DNA of 64,000 nt from the human T2T-CHM13v2.0 reference genome, Homo sapiens (GCF_009914755.1 NC_060925.1), one strand, 5' to 3'; counted from the stretch's first letter, positions 17,401-31,876 are shown. A program made the numbers and translations. The notes: a model not told the origin generated them from the sequence alone.

Positions 17401-19338
17401 ATGTTTCAACAGTTTGGTATATTTTCAACGGCTTAAATTATTTTTTAAAAATTGAAAGAAAAGTGAAAAGGAAGCCAGGAATAAAGTAAATCAATAGTAA
17501 TAATAAAATCAATACTCTTTAAATACACAACCAGAAAGCCTGAATCATATTCCTGTTTACCCCCACCCCTTGTTAAGAAAAGAAAAACAACCCAAAGGAA
17601 TTTGTATAATAATTTCTTTAGAGCACTTTATTTGATTCAATATGCATTAAAAAATATTGACCTCTTAGACAATTACGTGAAATAATTTTCTGAGTAGTCT
17701 ACTCTCTGAACTGCTTAAATGAATTTTTAAAAAGGCAAATAAATGATTTGCCACAAATCTGCTGACTTCTGAAAAATATCTAACAGCAAATTCTTCTATT
17801 TTGGTCTCTGAATATTCTAATGTGTCCATACAAAAGTAGGACTAAAATCTTTAATCAAACAAAAGAGAAGCCTGTAACAGTGTAGAACACACATTTTGAA
17901 TCTGAGCATCACAAATGAAGAAAAGAAAAATGAACCAGAGCCAAGTTGGTTTATCGGCCTCGGGTGCTGTAATTGGGGTGGTAAAGGTGGGTTTACTCCA
18001 GTAACCATTCAAGTGGGGATTGGCTCATTTTCAGGATTTACTTACAGGTCTCTTCTAAGTCCTTTAAGCCCCCAGTCCATGCAAATGTCCCACTTGGTGG
18101 ACAGATGAGTAATCTAACCCCACCGGGTTTATTTCAATATTTCGGTATTTCAATAATAAGCTGCTTCTGAAGATTTTTTGAGAAGTCTGTTCTCTATTAA
18201 AATAAGATAGAACCTCAAAATATGAATGTGAACATTAGAAATAGACAGCATATATTACAAATCCATTCTTGATAGGAACATTAGTAAGAATACACATTAG
18301 CTTAAAAAACAGGCTCAGCAAATGTTGCTGATCTGCCAAAAGTTTTAGTTCACTATTTACAAATAAGACAAAGTGAAATACAGAAAATTTTACACATTTG
18401 GTAGTTGACAGATACTGTTTGCCAATAGTGGTCTATCAGAAAACTGACATGAAGGAAGACTGGAAAAGAGCCAGTTGTCACCTTCTCAAATTTAAATGTA
18501 CAGAAAACTAGATTAATTTTGAAACAAACATTCTGCCTTTCATGGGAATAACTGTATGATCACATGATTTGATTGGGAAGTACAATTGTGAGGAAGTGTT
18601 TTCTGGAAACAACTACTATAACTCTAAATAATCCACTAATGAAAAGTTACCATTTTTGTTTCAGTAGACCATTGAAGTTGATTAAATGATAACTAGTGGT
18701 AGTGTTTCCTAAACCCTAAGTATGAGTAGAAAATAAAACCATTGCTGAGTTCTTTATATCAATTTAAAAACTAAGACCCAACAGCATAAAAATGAGAAAA
18801 AACATAATGGCATGATTCAATGCAAATCTGCACTGACATTAAAGTAGAATCTGAGCTACTTGGGTTTTTAACTAGAAAACAACCTGATATGTATGTGTGT
18901 GAAGGGGGAGGGTTAAAAGTTGTTTTAATAACTGTGCGACCTAGTCCAAAAAGAAAATTTATCAAGTGACACGAGTCTCAAGTATTTACTCGTATACCAA
19001 GTATCCTGCACCAATCAATAGCACACAATCATCAATATTTGCCATTTCTAACAATCAGAGAATCATCTCCATTAGAACAGAAATCCTCAAATCATTTCAC
19101 TTTTGCTTTTTGCTTTGAAACTTGCAAACAGACTTCTCTCCCCCTTTCTTGACAAGAATGTGTTTCTGTCCATTATTTCAATCTAATACTGTGTAAAAGC
19201 TATCAGCTTCTTCAAGGAGGTGCCCACTGTAGGCAGGATATTCCAGCAACACTTAAAAGTTTTCTGGGTTTTTTGTGTTTTTTTTTTTTTTTTTTTCGTT
19301 TTTTTTTTTTTAAACAATTGATTTAAATCCATGTCATT
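14480..19338 (-). other. TRIM33: TRIM33 3'UTR (~4.9 kb, AU-rich, no recognisable interspersed repeat)
   Basis: Repeat-free AT-rich block from the stop to a polyA signal; L2 sequence starts just beyond; 3' end approximate. Confidence 0.85.
14494..14499 (-). terminator. Probable distal polyadenylation signal ATTAAA
   Basis: tttaat on +, followed on - by a U-rich element (TTTCTTTTTTTCTTCTTCTGTG, ~14443-14464) at the edge of the repeat-free block. Confidence 0.65.
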
Positions 19339-19551
19339 TTACTTTATATGTACTGGTCTCTCATCTGACTTTAGGCGTTTTCTGCGGGGCTGTATAAAGT
19401 CTTCATCAGAGTCCTCAGTTACCTCACCATCATCCTCTTCCTGCTCAAACTCTGGCAAAGGTGCGAAGGTCCTGTCTGAGTAGATCTCTGTGAGTTTATC
19501 TTCAAAGTACAATGCAACTGCTTTCCCTGCCTGAGCTACTTCTGAATCAGC
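19339..19551 (-). CDS. TRIM33: TRIM33 last coding exon (213 nt with stop): ADSEVAQAGKAVALYFEDKL...PRRKRLKSDERPVHIK*
   Basis: ttgcag|GCTGAT; TAA at 19341-19339; ORF 19339..19578. Confidence 0.98.
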   Translation of the reverse strand, partial: ADSEVAQAGKAVALYFEDKLTEIYSDRTFAPLPEFEQEEDDGEVTEDSDEDFIQPRRKRLKSDERPVHIK

Positions 19552-19630
19552 CTGCAAGCAAAAGATAGGAATATTCACCTATTGGTAATGCATATTCCTT
19601 CACCAAGTTTGCATGGTCTGAAAAGCTTAC

Positions 19631-19681
19631 CTTCAAATTAATCTCTTGTGTGTCTGCATAAACTTGAACAACTTTCATCAT
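19631..19681 (-). CDS. TRIM33: TRIM33 exon 19 (51 nt), alternatively spliced (alpha includes, beta skips): MMKVVQVYADTQEINLK
   Basis: tttttag|ATGATG...TTGAAG|gtaagc; phase 0-0; 17-aa bromodomain insert. Confidence 0.94.
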
Positions 19682-21146
19682 CTAAAAAGGATACCAGAGT
19701 CAAAAAAAAAAAGGGAAATTATAATCCTTTCTAAAGTTATGAGACTGCATAGGATTGGCGACGAAAAGTCAGCCATACTAGGGAGAACAAATTGCTATAA
19801 CCAGATAAAGTGCTTTTCTAAAATTCTACAGAACATGGAACCATTTTCTTTACAAAGCCCTGTTACTAAAGCTACTGTGAAACCTCAGTAATTGTCTTAT
19901 TTTGAATTATCAAGGTCAATCTGAATAGGAATTGGTCTGAACACATCAATCTATCCAAGAGAAAAATATTTGTGAAGCATATTATACAAGAAACGTTGCT
20001 TTAAAAAACTGACAAACTTTCAACAAACCACTTAATAAAAATTCTATCTGTATAGCAATATGTTAATCATAAACTATTTATTACTGAGGCAGGAAACATG
20101 GGTCTTCTTATCAACTATAGTTCATGAAAGCATATTTATTTGAAAATAATTTAACTGCACTGAAAAATAAGAAAGAATTTGGGACTAAATATAACTTCAA
20201 ACTAGTGAGATTTTACTAATATACTCTGTGCCATACTGCTATAAAGGTGACTTAGAATTTTCACCTTATGAGGATTTTGTTTTGTTTTTGATTTTAAAAT
20301 GCCATCTGGATGCTTCCAGAGGCAGCTATAGGAATACGTTACAGGATCCAATGTGATTTATTTTAGTAATAATCATATGGCACCCAAATTACATCAGCAA
20401 TAAAGAGACTTTAGTATTAATCTTTTAAAAGATTTTGTGGATTCTCATTAAATTCCATTTTCTTCTCCTACAATGAAACTCTTCCATAACAATAATAGAA
20501 TCGATTTTATCCCTAATAAAAACAATTTCCCTGAAACAGGTATATAATACATTTCTTCTCAAGGCATGGCTAACTCAAACTTACCCTCAAAAAAAAAAAA
20601 AAAAACAAAACAAAACAAAAAAAAAAACAAAAAACTCCCCAAACCAAAAAACATAACCAAAATTAATCAAAGTCACACTGCTGAAATAAGAAAACTTAGT
20701 ATTATATACTCTGGGCTACTATTCAAGATGGGTCACCAGAGATTAGTTTGTTATTTTAAGGTTCTACATTCATGTTGTCAATAATAAAATGCAAGGACAT
20801 GGGTACAGATAACTTTCCTAATAGTACCCAAAACGTAAGCTGTTTATAATCATATTCCACAAAATATACGTAACTACTGACAGTACTTTCCATACTTATG
20901 CCAATCCTCAACTCATTTAGAAAAGGATATTTGATAATATTCTTAATTTATTATATTTAAGTATATACTCCAAATTATACACAATAAATTTTCTTCACTG
21001 GAGCTGTTAATACAATCAGATGTTACTTTTGACAGGACTTTAGCAGAAAAAAAAATTTTAATAAAATTAAAGTCAGCAGAAAAATAAAACAAGGAAACAA
21101 ACAAAAACTAACAAATCAAGACTCTATAGGTTGGAAGTTAACATAC

Positions 21147-21299
21147 TTCATTAAACCTTTCACAGTTCTTGAAGATCAAACGGACATCGGCCACAAAGTC
21201 ATCCGGGATTTGGTAGTGTTGGGAATGTTTTTTCTGAAGCTTCTTTTTCACGGTGGATAAATCCATTGGTTTCTTTATAATTTTATAGTAGTTTGGTAT
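21147..21299 (-). CDS. TRIM33: TRIM33 exon 18 (153 nt), bromodomain: [51 protein letters not shown]
   Basis: attttag|ATACCA...AATGAA|gtatgt; classic YYxIIKxPMDL and NCxxFN bromodomain motifs. Confidence 0.98.
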
Positions 21300-21904
21300 C
21301 TAAAATAAGCACATAATGGCAAATAAGAATTCTCCAAAAATGCCAAACTGTTTAATTTGAAAATGCATAGCATATTAATTTTAGGGAAAAAAATTATTAT
21401 AGAGCCAGCTGCTTGCAAATTTTGAGTATAGACGTATGTACTTTACATCTTCATGAAAACCAAATCTTATGTGGCATATGTGCCAATCTTCATGGTTAGT
21501 CCAAGTCCCCAAAGTCCTACTTTTAATAATAAGATTTGGAAAGAAAGCAATTAGCAAGGGTAACCAACCAGTAGCCTTGAGGCAACATTTGACTTACCAG
21601 AATTTTATGACTCCTTAGGAGTTTTTCTTTTTTTTTTAAAGAAAAAAATTTACAAAATATATTAATGTTACAATTAGAATATGATGTCTTTTGGAAAACA
21701 TAACAGGGAATATCATTTACATCACGAAGTCTTGACTTAGTAACAGAGGAAGTAAGACTAAGAACATAAGAAAAATTTACTAACTTTATTAACCATTTAG
21801 TGTTCACGCTAGGGAATTCTGACCCCAACTCTGGCGAAAAATTTCTACCCTTGGGATAAAAGTAAAGTTAGAGAAGCTATTTTATTGACTGATTGACTAA
21901 TTGA

Positions 21905-22192
21905 TTTTTGAGATGGAGTCTTGCTCTGTCGCCCAGGCTGGAGTGCAGTGGTGCAGTGGCGCCAACTGTGGCTCATTGCCACCTCCATCCCCTGGCAATT
22001 ATCCTGCCTCAGCCTCCCTAGCAGTTGGGATTACAGGCATGCACTACCACGCCCGGCTAATTTTTATATTTTCAGTAGAGAGGGGGTTTCACCATGTTGG
22101 CCAGGCTGGTCTTGAACTCCTGAACTCAAGTGATCTGCCTGCCAGGCCTCCCAAAATGATGGGATTACAGGCATGAGCCACCATGCCCGGCC
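21905..22192 (-). mobile_element. AluS
   Basis: Alu consensus. Confidence 0.88.
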
Positions 22193-22708
22193 AAGAAGCT
22201 ACTTTAATAGTCCATAAAAAGAAAACATTTGAAAGTCATTTTCTACTTTAAAATCCCTGCACTTAAAGATGAGACAAATTTTCCAGAAACAGATGATTAC
22301 TGCTTGTACAAAACATCTTCCTTCTGTCTATACCTTTTGTGATTTAAAATTCATTTCTCAGGCTACCCAGTAAACAAGTCAACTACCATTTAATATTCTC
22401 TAACAGGCCTGGTATGTAATAATGTACTATTCAACAACTGATGGCTAGCAATAAAATGTGTGTAGAATATTCTTACCCCACTTATTAGGCACCAAACACC
22501 TCTAATCTTCCTTTTATTGCAGCATTTTAGAGCCTTTATTCCTTACAAAACTCAATGACTATAGACTATGCTAAATATTTTACATAGGTTATTTTATATA
22601 ATCCTCAGAACAACCCAATGAGGTAAAAAATCGTGTCAGAAAACTTGAGTCTTAGAGAGGTTGAAGAGCTTATTCCAGAAGGCTGAGGTGTAATACAACT
22701 TAGTCTAA

Positions 22709-23012
<304 letters not shown>

Positions 23013-23077
23013 GCCAGAGCCCATACTCTTAAGTATTATGAGACTTCCCCACCGAGCTACTAAGGTAGGCAACTCAC

Positions 23078-23152
23078 CGAAGCAGGAACAGGCTCCTGGA
23101 ATTCAATACTTAATTCATGGCAATAGAGGTAAAGCAGAAGACGTTCACATTT
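23078..23152 (-). CDS. TRIM33: TRIM33 exon 17 (75 nt), bromodomain start: [25 protein letters not shown]
   Basis: ggccag|AAATGT...GCTTCG|gtgagt. Confidence 0.97.
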
Positions 23153-24448
23153 CTGGCCCAAACAAGGAAAGGAAAGCACATGAAATATTTTTCTCCTAAT
23201 AAAACATTCTCGAGAATGAGAACTATATCACAACAAAGTTTGATTACAACAAACTGAACACAAGCCCCCTGTTTACTAGATACTCAACTAAACATAAACA
23301 CCCAAAGAAAATTCCCTTGCTTCTCATTTTGTTTTCAGACTATCTTTTGTTCTACTTTAAGTAAGAATGGAAGATAACTAAGGTAATTTATGGAAGGGAG
23401 TCACAAAAGCAACATCTAACACTTTGTGCAAAAATTTATAAATTACTTGGTAATAAATAAATAAGTAAATAAATTATCACTGTTGCTCCTCATGGTAATT
23501 CCTTAGACAGGCAAGACAAATGTTGAAAGTTATCATCCCCTTTCTTCAAATGATTCCAGTCAGGTTCAAAATGAAAATGGCCTTCTCAGTCTAACTCCAA
23601 AAATATTTTTTTACCCAATCATGAGTAAACTGAAATGCATTTTACATTCACAGTCTTCTATTTATCTAAACTTCTTTTAATACAAGTTTGTATACCCTAA
23701 ACACGTATCTTGTCTTCACAGATAGTGGATGAGGGTTTTTACCAGTATATACACCAGAGTAGAGCCAAACTTAACTCTAATGACCACACGACAATGCAAA
23801 AGAGTCTGTCTTTGGCAATCAGACTACAGGCCAGATTGGTAAAAATCTGAGTAAAGTAAGGAGAGAGTTTCCATTTTTAATATGATGAGAAGCTATTAGA
23901 GGATTTTAAGCAAGGAAATGATAGACTTGTTTACTTTTTTAAAAAGAACACTGTTTAATACAGAAAACAAACTATAAAGGTCAAGAGCAGAAGCGGGGAG
24001 AGCAGTTAAGAGATCACTACAATAGTCCAGATGAGAAATTATGATGTAAGGTAAGAAAATCATATTATAGTTATTATTATTTCATTTCTAATAGGTTTCT
24101 AACCTGAGCAACAGAAATGAATGGTGGTATCATTCAATTAAGGGGAATACTGGGGGAGGAATACAGTTTTTTATGTCGTTATTTGCTTGGTTTTGTGCTT
24201 GGAGGGAGAGGATTAGAAATTAAGATTTTAGTTGGGACATGTTAAGTTTGAGGAATCTGGATAGAAGGGTCTGTAGTTCAGGGTTAGAGGAAAAAAAGAC
24301 TTCAGAAATCATCAATATACCATCAGATGACAGGATTAAAAATTAAATGTTATCAGGTTTTGTGTATGCTACACAGGAAAAAAAAAGGTGTATATATAGG
24401 CAGACAACTACTGAATCCCAGTGACAAATCAACTTATTTGACACTTAC

Positions 24449-24572
24449 CCTTTGGTCCACGGGGCTTAACCCCTGCGCAGTTTTCCCCTTCTTACTATGT
24501 TGCAAATTATCACAATCATATTCAACTTCTGGCTTTCCAATATCTCTACAAAATGTGCATATCCAGTCCCCA
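24449..24572 (-). CDS. TRIM33: TRIM33 exon 16 (124 nt), end of PHD: [41 protein letters not shown]
   Basis: ctgtctag|TGGGGA...CAAAGG|gtaagt. Confidence 0.97.
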
Positions 24573-24855
24573 CTAGACAGGGAAATAGGCAATTAGTCCA
24601 CGTAATTATAAGAAAGCCTGCTCTAGAGAAGCTACTTCCCTGGACTGGGGCCTGGTTTATTTTCTTAATAATTTTTTGAAAAAAGGGAGGTTTTATAGTT
24701 GTGAAATCTCGTCAGGTGAAGTCATGTGATTAAAAACTCCTCTAAATTTTCCTAGTCACGCATCAATTGATTACTTTCTGGAATGCATTATAAAAATGGC
24801 ACCTCCGCATTAAAAGGGGGTCTCTTAGTAGTGATGAGCAGTACTTGCAGCATAA

Positions 24856-26133
<1,278 letters not shown>

Positions 26134-27100
26134 TAATTTACGCCAACATTTTACAACCCTTTCAAAGCATTTGCTATTGAAAGAAGGCATTCAGTGGCAA
26201 AATTCTGACATTCCAGTAAATATTACTACCCAAAGAAAAGAAAATTCTTAATTTCAAGATCAAAGTGCCAATGCTTTTCTTTTCTAAATAAGAGTAAAGA
26301 AAAAGAAGGCCCTTATTACATCTCTAGCAAATAACTCTATCTCCAAAGACTTAGGTAAGAAATTACAATTCTTCAGAAAAATATTCTGGCACTGTTTAAA
26401 TATCTACTAGTTTTCTAATCCAAAAGGTTAACACTTTCAAAGAGGGCACTATTATTCAATTAAAGTTACTGCTTCTCAGGAATTTGAGAAGATATATCTT
26501 TTTTTTTTTTTTTTTTTTCAATTTATAGCAAGAAAAAAGCTGGGTTTACCCCAAGAATACTGACTTACTTTCACCAAAAAGAAATTGGGGGACAAGAGAG
26601 GAAGGAGAAGACTGAAAAAAACAAGTATGACTCTACTATTTTATGGTCTCTGAAATCAAGAGACAAGAGGTTGCATGAACATAAAATAATAAATGGAAGG
26701 GAAGAACTACAGCTCTGCTAAACCAAAACCTACCACTTGTAGATGCAAAAACTGATCCCTGATAATTAGTGAATTGCTCAAGCTTACTACAGAATTAGAA
26801 CCAGACTGCAGGTTTTGTAACCTTAGCCCCCTATTAATTTAGAGTTTTATCTATTTTCCTTATACTGAATATAAACTAAAGGCCAGGAGATGAAATCTAC
26901 TCTTTAACATTAATGTACTACTTAGATCTTAGATATTTTATTGTTAGTTTCTCTGGAAGCTAATACCAAAAGAATAACAGGCTCCCTGTTTTATAGAAAT
27001 ACTATGCACTGGTTAGAAGGCCATCTGCCCTGAACATTCTTCTGTTATTTATTTTTAGCTTATGAAAATCAACACCAAAAATCAATTATTTCACTGGTAC

Positions 27101-27450
27101 CTTGGAAAGCTAAGTAGTGTTGGAACATGACAAGTTAGATGAAAGACCTTTGGACATTTTTCGCAGCACAAGAGATCTCCTCCGTTTTGGCAGACAGCAC
27201 ACCAGTCTTCATTTGGGTCATCATCTTTATTGTTGCCATCTCCTCCAATCCTTGCCGACCTGTGCATGAGGCTTCGAATTGGGGACTTTCCATTAACAAG
27301 GCTGCTGAGCCCTGACTGTTTGCAGCTTTCATTCATATCTGCAGGTTCAGTTTTCACATGGTTTTCCAGGCTTGCCAATGCATCCAATTCACTTTCTAGA
27401 TGCAGGTTGGTTGAGAGAGGTGGTGTCAAGCTACTCTCAGGACTGCTCAA
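27101..27450 (-). CDS. TRIM33: TRIM33 exon 15 (350 nt), linker plus most of the PHD finger ([33 protein letters not shown])
   Basis: gttttag|TTGAGC...CCAAG|gtacca; ORF 27091..27450. Confidence 0.98.
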
Positions 27451-28631
27451 CTAAAACAAAACGATGACAAATTCTTGAAGAATCATTTAATCTTTATTGT
27501 ATGCCATATGTGTATTTAACAGTTATGTGAATATGCATATAGATATACTGACGTAACAAATTTATTTTATAGATCACAATAGTGCCATAAAGAAATGACA
27601 ATAACCCCAAAATTATTCAGGCACGCTAACATATGATTTTAAGGGGTCTGCTCCTCTGATAATGTCTCACTCAAATAATAAGTAAATTAATTAAACTGTT
27701 AAGCTATTGATTGGGAAGTGAGCATAGGGTTATACTTTTCCTTGAGAGAGCTAATTATGGCACACCCCTTTTCACACCCAGAATCTTTTGCATAGCATTT
27801 TAGAAGCATTCTATAATATTCTTCTGCTCACCTATCAGTCTACTATATTGTAGGAAGGCTGCAACAACATAAAAGAAATTGTTCACCAACCTTGGCACCC
27901 ATTTTTTTTATGGGGGTACTTTCTAAACCAAGTTCTGGATGAAGACGTAACAATACTCCAAAACCAAGGCTGAATCTCTTGCTCTCTGAATCTATATATA
28001 CTGTGTTAAATATACCAATACCTTGAGATGAATTCCCATGTGCCAACCATATAAAAAAGGAAAAAGAAGCCCGGTCAGAAAGAGAAAACAAAAATCAAAA
28101 TATTTAAACCAAGAGGGGCTTGGCCTTCCTTCATTCTGTATTAGAAATTTTATAAATGTTCCACTCAAGGAACTCCAGAATGATTAGTAATACGTAAGCC
28201 AAAAGACAAACTTCCTATCACAAAACTCTGATCAATAAATTTCTTTCATGTCAGCAATCTTAATGCTGAGCTCACAGGTCCAGGAGAATCCCAAAGATCT
28301 TTTGTGGCCTGAGATTCAATGTGACTACTGAAATAATAATTTCAGGACAAGATACAATCTGATTTAGCATCATGGGAAGAATATTGACTAAATACAAATT
28401 CAAAGATAATTTCAAATGAGTACTTAATACAATTAAGTCTTTTCTGATTAATTACAGCTGACTCTTAGACAAAAAAGTTGAGTTAGAAAAAGAGATATCT
28501 GGCTTGTGCCAGGCATGAAATTTCAAAAATAAATGTTTCTAGACCCACTACTTAGTCTTAATATACTCAGAGCTGAAAGAATCAATGAAGTGATGTCCTT
28601 AAGTCCCTGTCAGACTCCAGTGGGAGCTTAC

Positions 28632-28791
28632 CATGCAAGCACTCCTCCTGCCATCCTCTGTTTTTTCTTGTTTTACACCTCCTGAAAAGCTACATATTTC
28701 ATCTTCAGTCCCAGGTTCTTGCTTGACCTTCACCTGATCAGATTTGAAACTAAGACTTGTCTTCTCAGCAGTTCTTCCTGATGACCCACAG
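28632..28791 (-). CDS. TRIM33: TRIM33 exon 14 (160 nt): CGSSGRTAEKTSLSFKSDQVKVKQEPGTEDEICSFSGGVKQEKTEDGRRSACM
   Basis: cttattag|CTGTGG...TGCATG|gtaagc; two VKQE SUMO consensus motifs. Confidence 0.97.
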
Positions 28792-29035
28792 CTAATAAGA
28801 AACAACAAATAAAGATCACATACGTTTGACTATATGGTATAAATAAAAACAATTATATGAAAAGTAATGTTCACTAAAGTGAAGACAATAGACAATTAAC
28901 TTTACAGAAGATAAGGATACCTCATAATGTAGTTAAGGGGAATGTGGTATAAAGCCTAGCTTAAAACTCTTTAAAATTATGCAGCAACTTTCAGAAGACC
29001 CTAAAAACACATTTTATGGTTTGAAGCACTTTCTT

Positions 29036-29062
29036 CACACACACACACGCACACACACACAC
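29036..29062. repeat. Imperfect (CA)n microsatellite
   Basis: Direct reading. Confidence 0.85.
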
Positions 29063-29064
29063 TC

Positions 29065-30345
29065 CTATTTCTTAGCTCTGTCCACTGAAAAGGCCTAAGA
29101 AACAATGAACAATTCAGTAGCAATGAGTGCTATTAGTACTAGAATATTATCCTCAAACACTATTTTCCTGCTTTCCTGCTAACACTACCAGAACTTCCTG
29201 GGAAAGTGGCTGATTCCAGGTCTGAAGCATGAAATGTACAAAATGAACCCGAAATGCTGTTTCACAGGAAACATGGAAGCTTAAAAAAGACTGCTGTGAT
29301 TATAGCAAAAGGACTAAGGAGCAAGCCTGAGAAAGCTTTGACAGGACAAAGATGGAATAATGTTCAGTGTTCAATATACATACATACAGACGTAACATAT
29401 ATAATGGATTAAAATATATAAAGTATGTTTAAATATCTCAGTCCATAAAGGTAATAACAATAAAACTGTCACTGTTGGAGGGTGTTGGAAATCAATTCAT
29501 TACCACAAAAGCAGGGAAATAAACAGAAAGAATTTATCCTATCTTTCCTATAACCCAATAGTTGATGACAGAAAGCTTCTCTTTACAGAAATATTCTAAA
29601 GAAATAAAGAATGATACAATAATTAAAATGTAATATTTCAACCAGCAGAAAAATAATAGAGCTAAACAATGATTATTAACGGTTGCCATCACAAAAACCC
29701 CCAACCAGGCATAATTCGCCCCAAAGGAAGTATATGCCACCACTACACTACCAAGTCTTCTTGCTCTCCCTTCCCCCAAATCAAACCTAAATCTGATCAA
29801 CCCTCTTGACCTAAATACCAAAATAGACAGAAAAACAGGAGGCAATGTACTTAAATGACAAGATGGAGAAATCGGGAAAACACTGTAGGAGAAACTACAT
29901 TTTTACAACAAATTAACTGATAGTGATGTAAACAAATAAACTGATGGCAATGTATAGAGCTTATTTGCATCTGATTCAAAGAAATCATCTGGTTTTTTTT
30001 TCAAAGGCATTTGTTGCAAAAATTGGGAACACTAAACATTAACTGGATCTCTACTGATATTAAAGAATGAGTTGTTAAATTTTTTTAGGTGTGATCATGG
30101 TTCTGTGGTTATAAATTTTTAAAGTTCCTTTCATTAAGTGATATATACTGAAACAGTCACGAGTGAAATGACTGAGATTTGTTTCAAAATAATTCAGACC
30201 AGAAAGGAACTGGCAGAAGTATAGAAGAAACAAGATTGGCCATTATTTGATCACTGTTAAAGCTGAGTGTTAAGTATAAAGGGGTTCATTGTAATATTCT
30301 ACTTTTATTATACATATTTGCTATTTTTCTTAACAAAAAGGAAAA
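29065..30345 (+). mobile_element. L1MC-type 3' region
   Basis: tcttagctctgtccactgaaaaggcct and gggttcattgtaatattctactttt motifs. Confidence 0.65.
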
Positions 30346-30367
30346 AAATAATTATCAATATACTCAC

Positions 30368-30431
30368 CTGCCTCGACTGCCAGTACTAGAAGTACTTGGG
30401 GGTCTCACAGGTGTGTGAGAATTGGATAAAC
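30368..30431 (-). CDS. TRIM33: TRIM33 exon 13 (64 nt): LSNSHTPVRPPSTSSTGSRG
   Basis: tttttag|GTTTAT...GGCAG|gtgagt. Confidence 0.96.
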
Positions 30432-31396
30432 CTAAAAAGTAGTAAGTCAAAATGAATATCAATGCATATAAGAATATTTGGAATTCTACCTACCGGTCAC
30501 AGAACTCAAGATTATTATAACCCAGCTAAAAAATTATTGGAAATCAGACCTAGTCACAAAGTCAGGGACGCATGTGTAACCATTAGCAGACATCAACCAG
30601 TTTCTCTCAGCTGTGTCCAGACATCACCTCAGAATCCTCCTCAGGGCACCACTATCCAGTCAACAAAACAGACCAAGAAAACGTTATCTGCCATCCCTCA
30701 ACAAGTTATTTGATAAAATATTCTACTTAGGTTCCCATTAATTATTTTCAGAAGTCCTGAAATAATTCTTATTAAACCTTAAAAATTATGTGATTTAAAA
30801 ATATGTTAATGTTGCATCTCATGGAAAATCCATATTTACATGTGAATTGTTCTTCCTCTAGAAAGAAGTAGGTGGTGTGTTTCAGTAAGAAAAAAATAAC
30901 ATTTAATTTACGTTAGAAAAATACATTCAATAACACTTCTAGACTGTTAACCTGTTTGGAGTTGCTTCAATCATGTATTCAAGAGTCCCAATTGAATCAC
31001 TGAGTAATAGGGTTAATAAAACCGCTGGGATTTTGGAAGAGAGCTACATATCATGGCTATTTTAATAGTTTTCAGCAAAATGTTTATTTTAAAATTACAG
31101 TTTGAAAATTAACCTGCCCTTCTTTAGCTCTTACTTTTTAAATAATTTTTCAATGTTTCATTATTTTACTAAGTGTTTTAAAGTTGACTTGGAACCAAAG
31201 AACTCTTCAACTGACTCTCTGTATTGTAAAATATAAGATTAAACCCATGAAAGACTGTGAATATACTAAGGGTTGAGTAATTTGGAGTTCCAAATAGTGT
31301 AGACTACAGATATATATTAATATGGCTTCAGTTACTGAAAGAGTACCAATAGTATTTGAACAAAAATAATTACAAAGAACAACCAAGAAAAAAATA

Positions 31397-31818
31397 TGTT
31401 ATTGTGTCAACTTGGCTAGGATATGACACCCAGCAGTTTGGCCAAACATCAGTATAGATGGTACTGTGAAGGTATTTTTTTAGATGGGATTAATTAACAT
31501 TTCAACAAGTTGACTTTGAGAAAAGTAGATTATATTCCATAATGCAAGTGGGCCTCATATAATCAGGTAAAGCCCTTTTAAGAGAGAAGAGAAGACGGAG
31601 CCCTGTTCTCTCCCCTACCTCCTCATGCCCCAAAGAAGAAATTTTGTCTCAAGACTGTAACAATACTCTTACCTGGGTCTCCAGCCTGCCTCACCTCCCT
31701 GCCAACACCCACAATCACATGAGCCAATTCCTTAAAATAAATCTCTCTCAATCTCCCTTTCTCTCTTCAAGTAGACCTCCTACTTATTCTGTTTTTCTGG
31801 AGAATTCTGACTAAGACA
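31397..31818 (+). mobile_element. MLT2 (ERVL) solo LTR
   Basis: tgtgtcaacttggctagg ... aataaatctctctc ... ctggagaattctgactaagaca. Confidence 0.82.
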
Positions 31819-31876
31819 GATACTGACACTGTTTTTTTAAGGTGTTAAAAAATAAGGTAATACCCGTTTGCTTTAC

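Noticed and set aside
19278-19311. Long T tract after the stop (A-rich in mRNA) and the A tract at ~20588-20635
   Set aside because: Simple low-complexity sequence; the first is a likely oligo-dT mispriming source, not a true end
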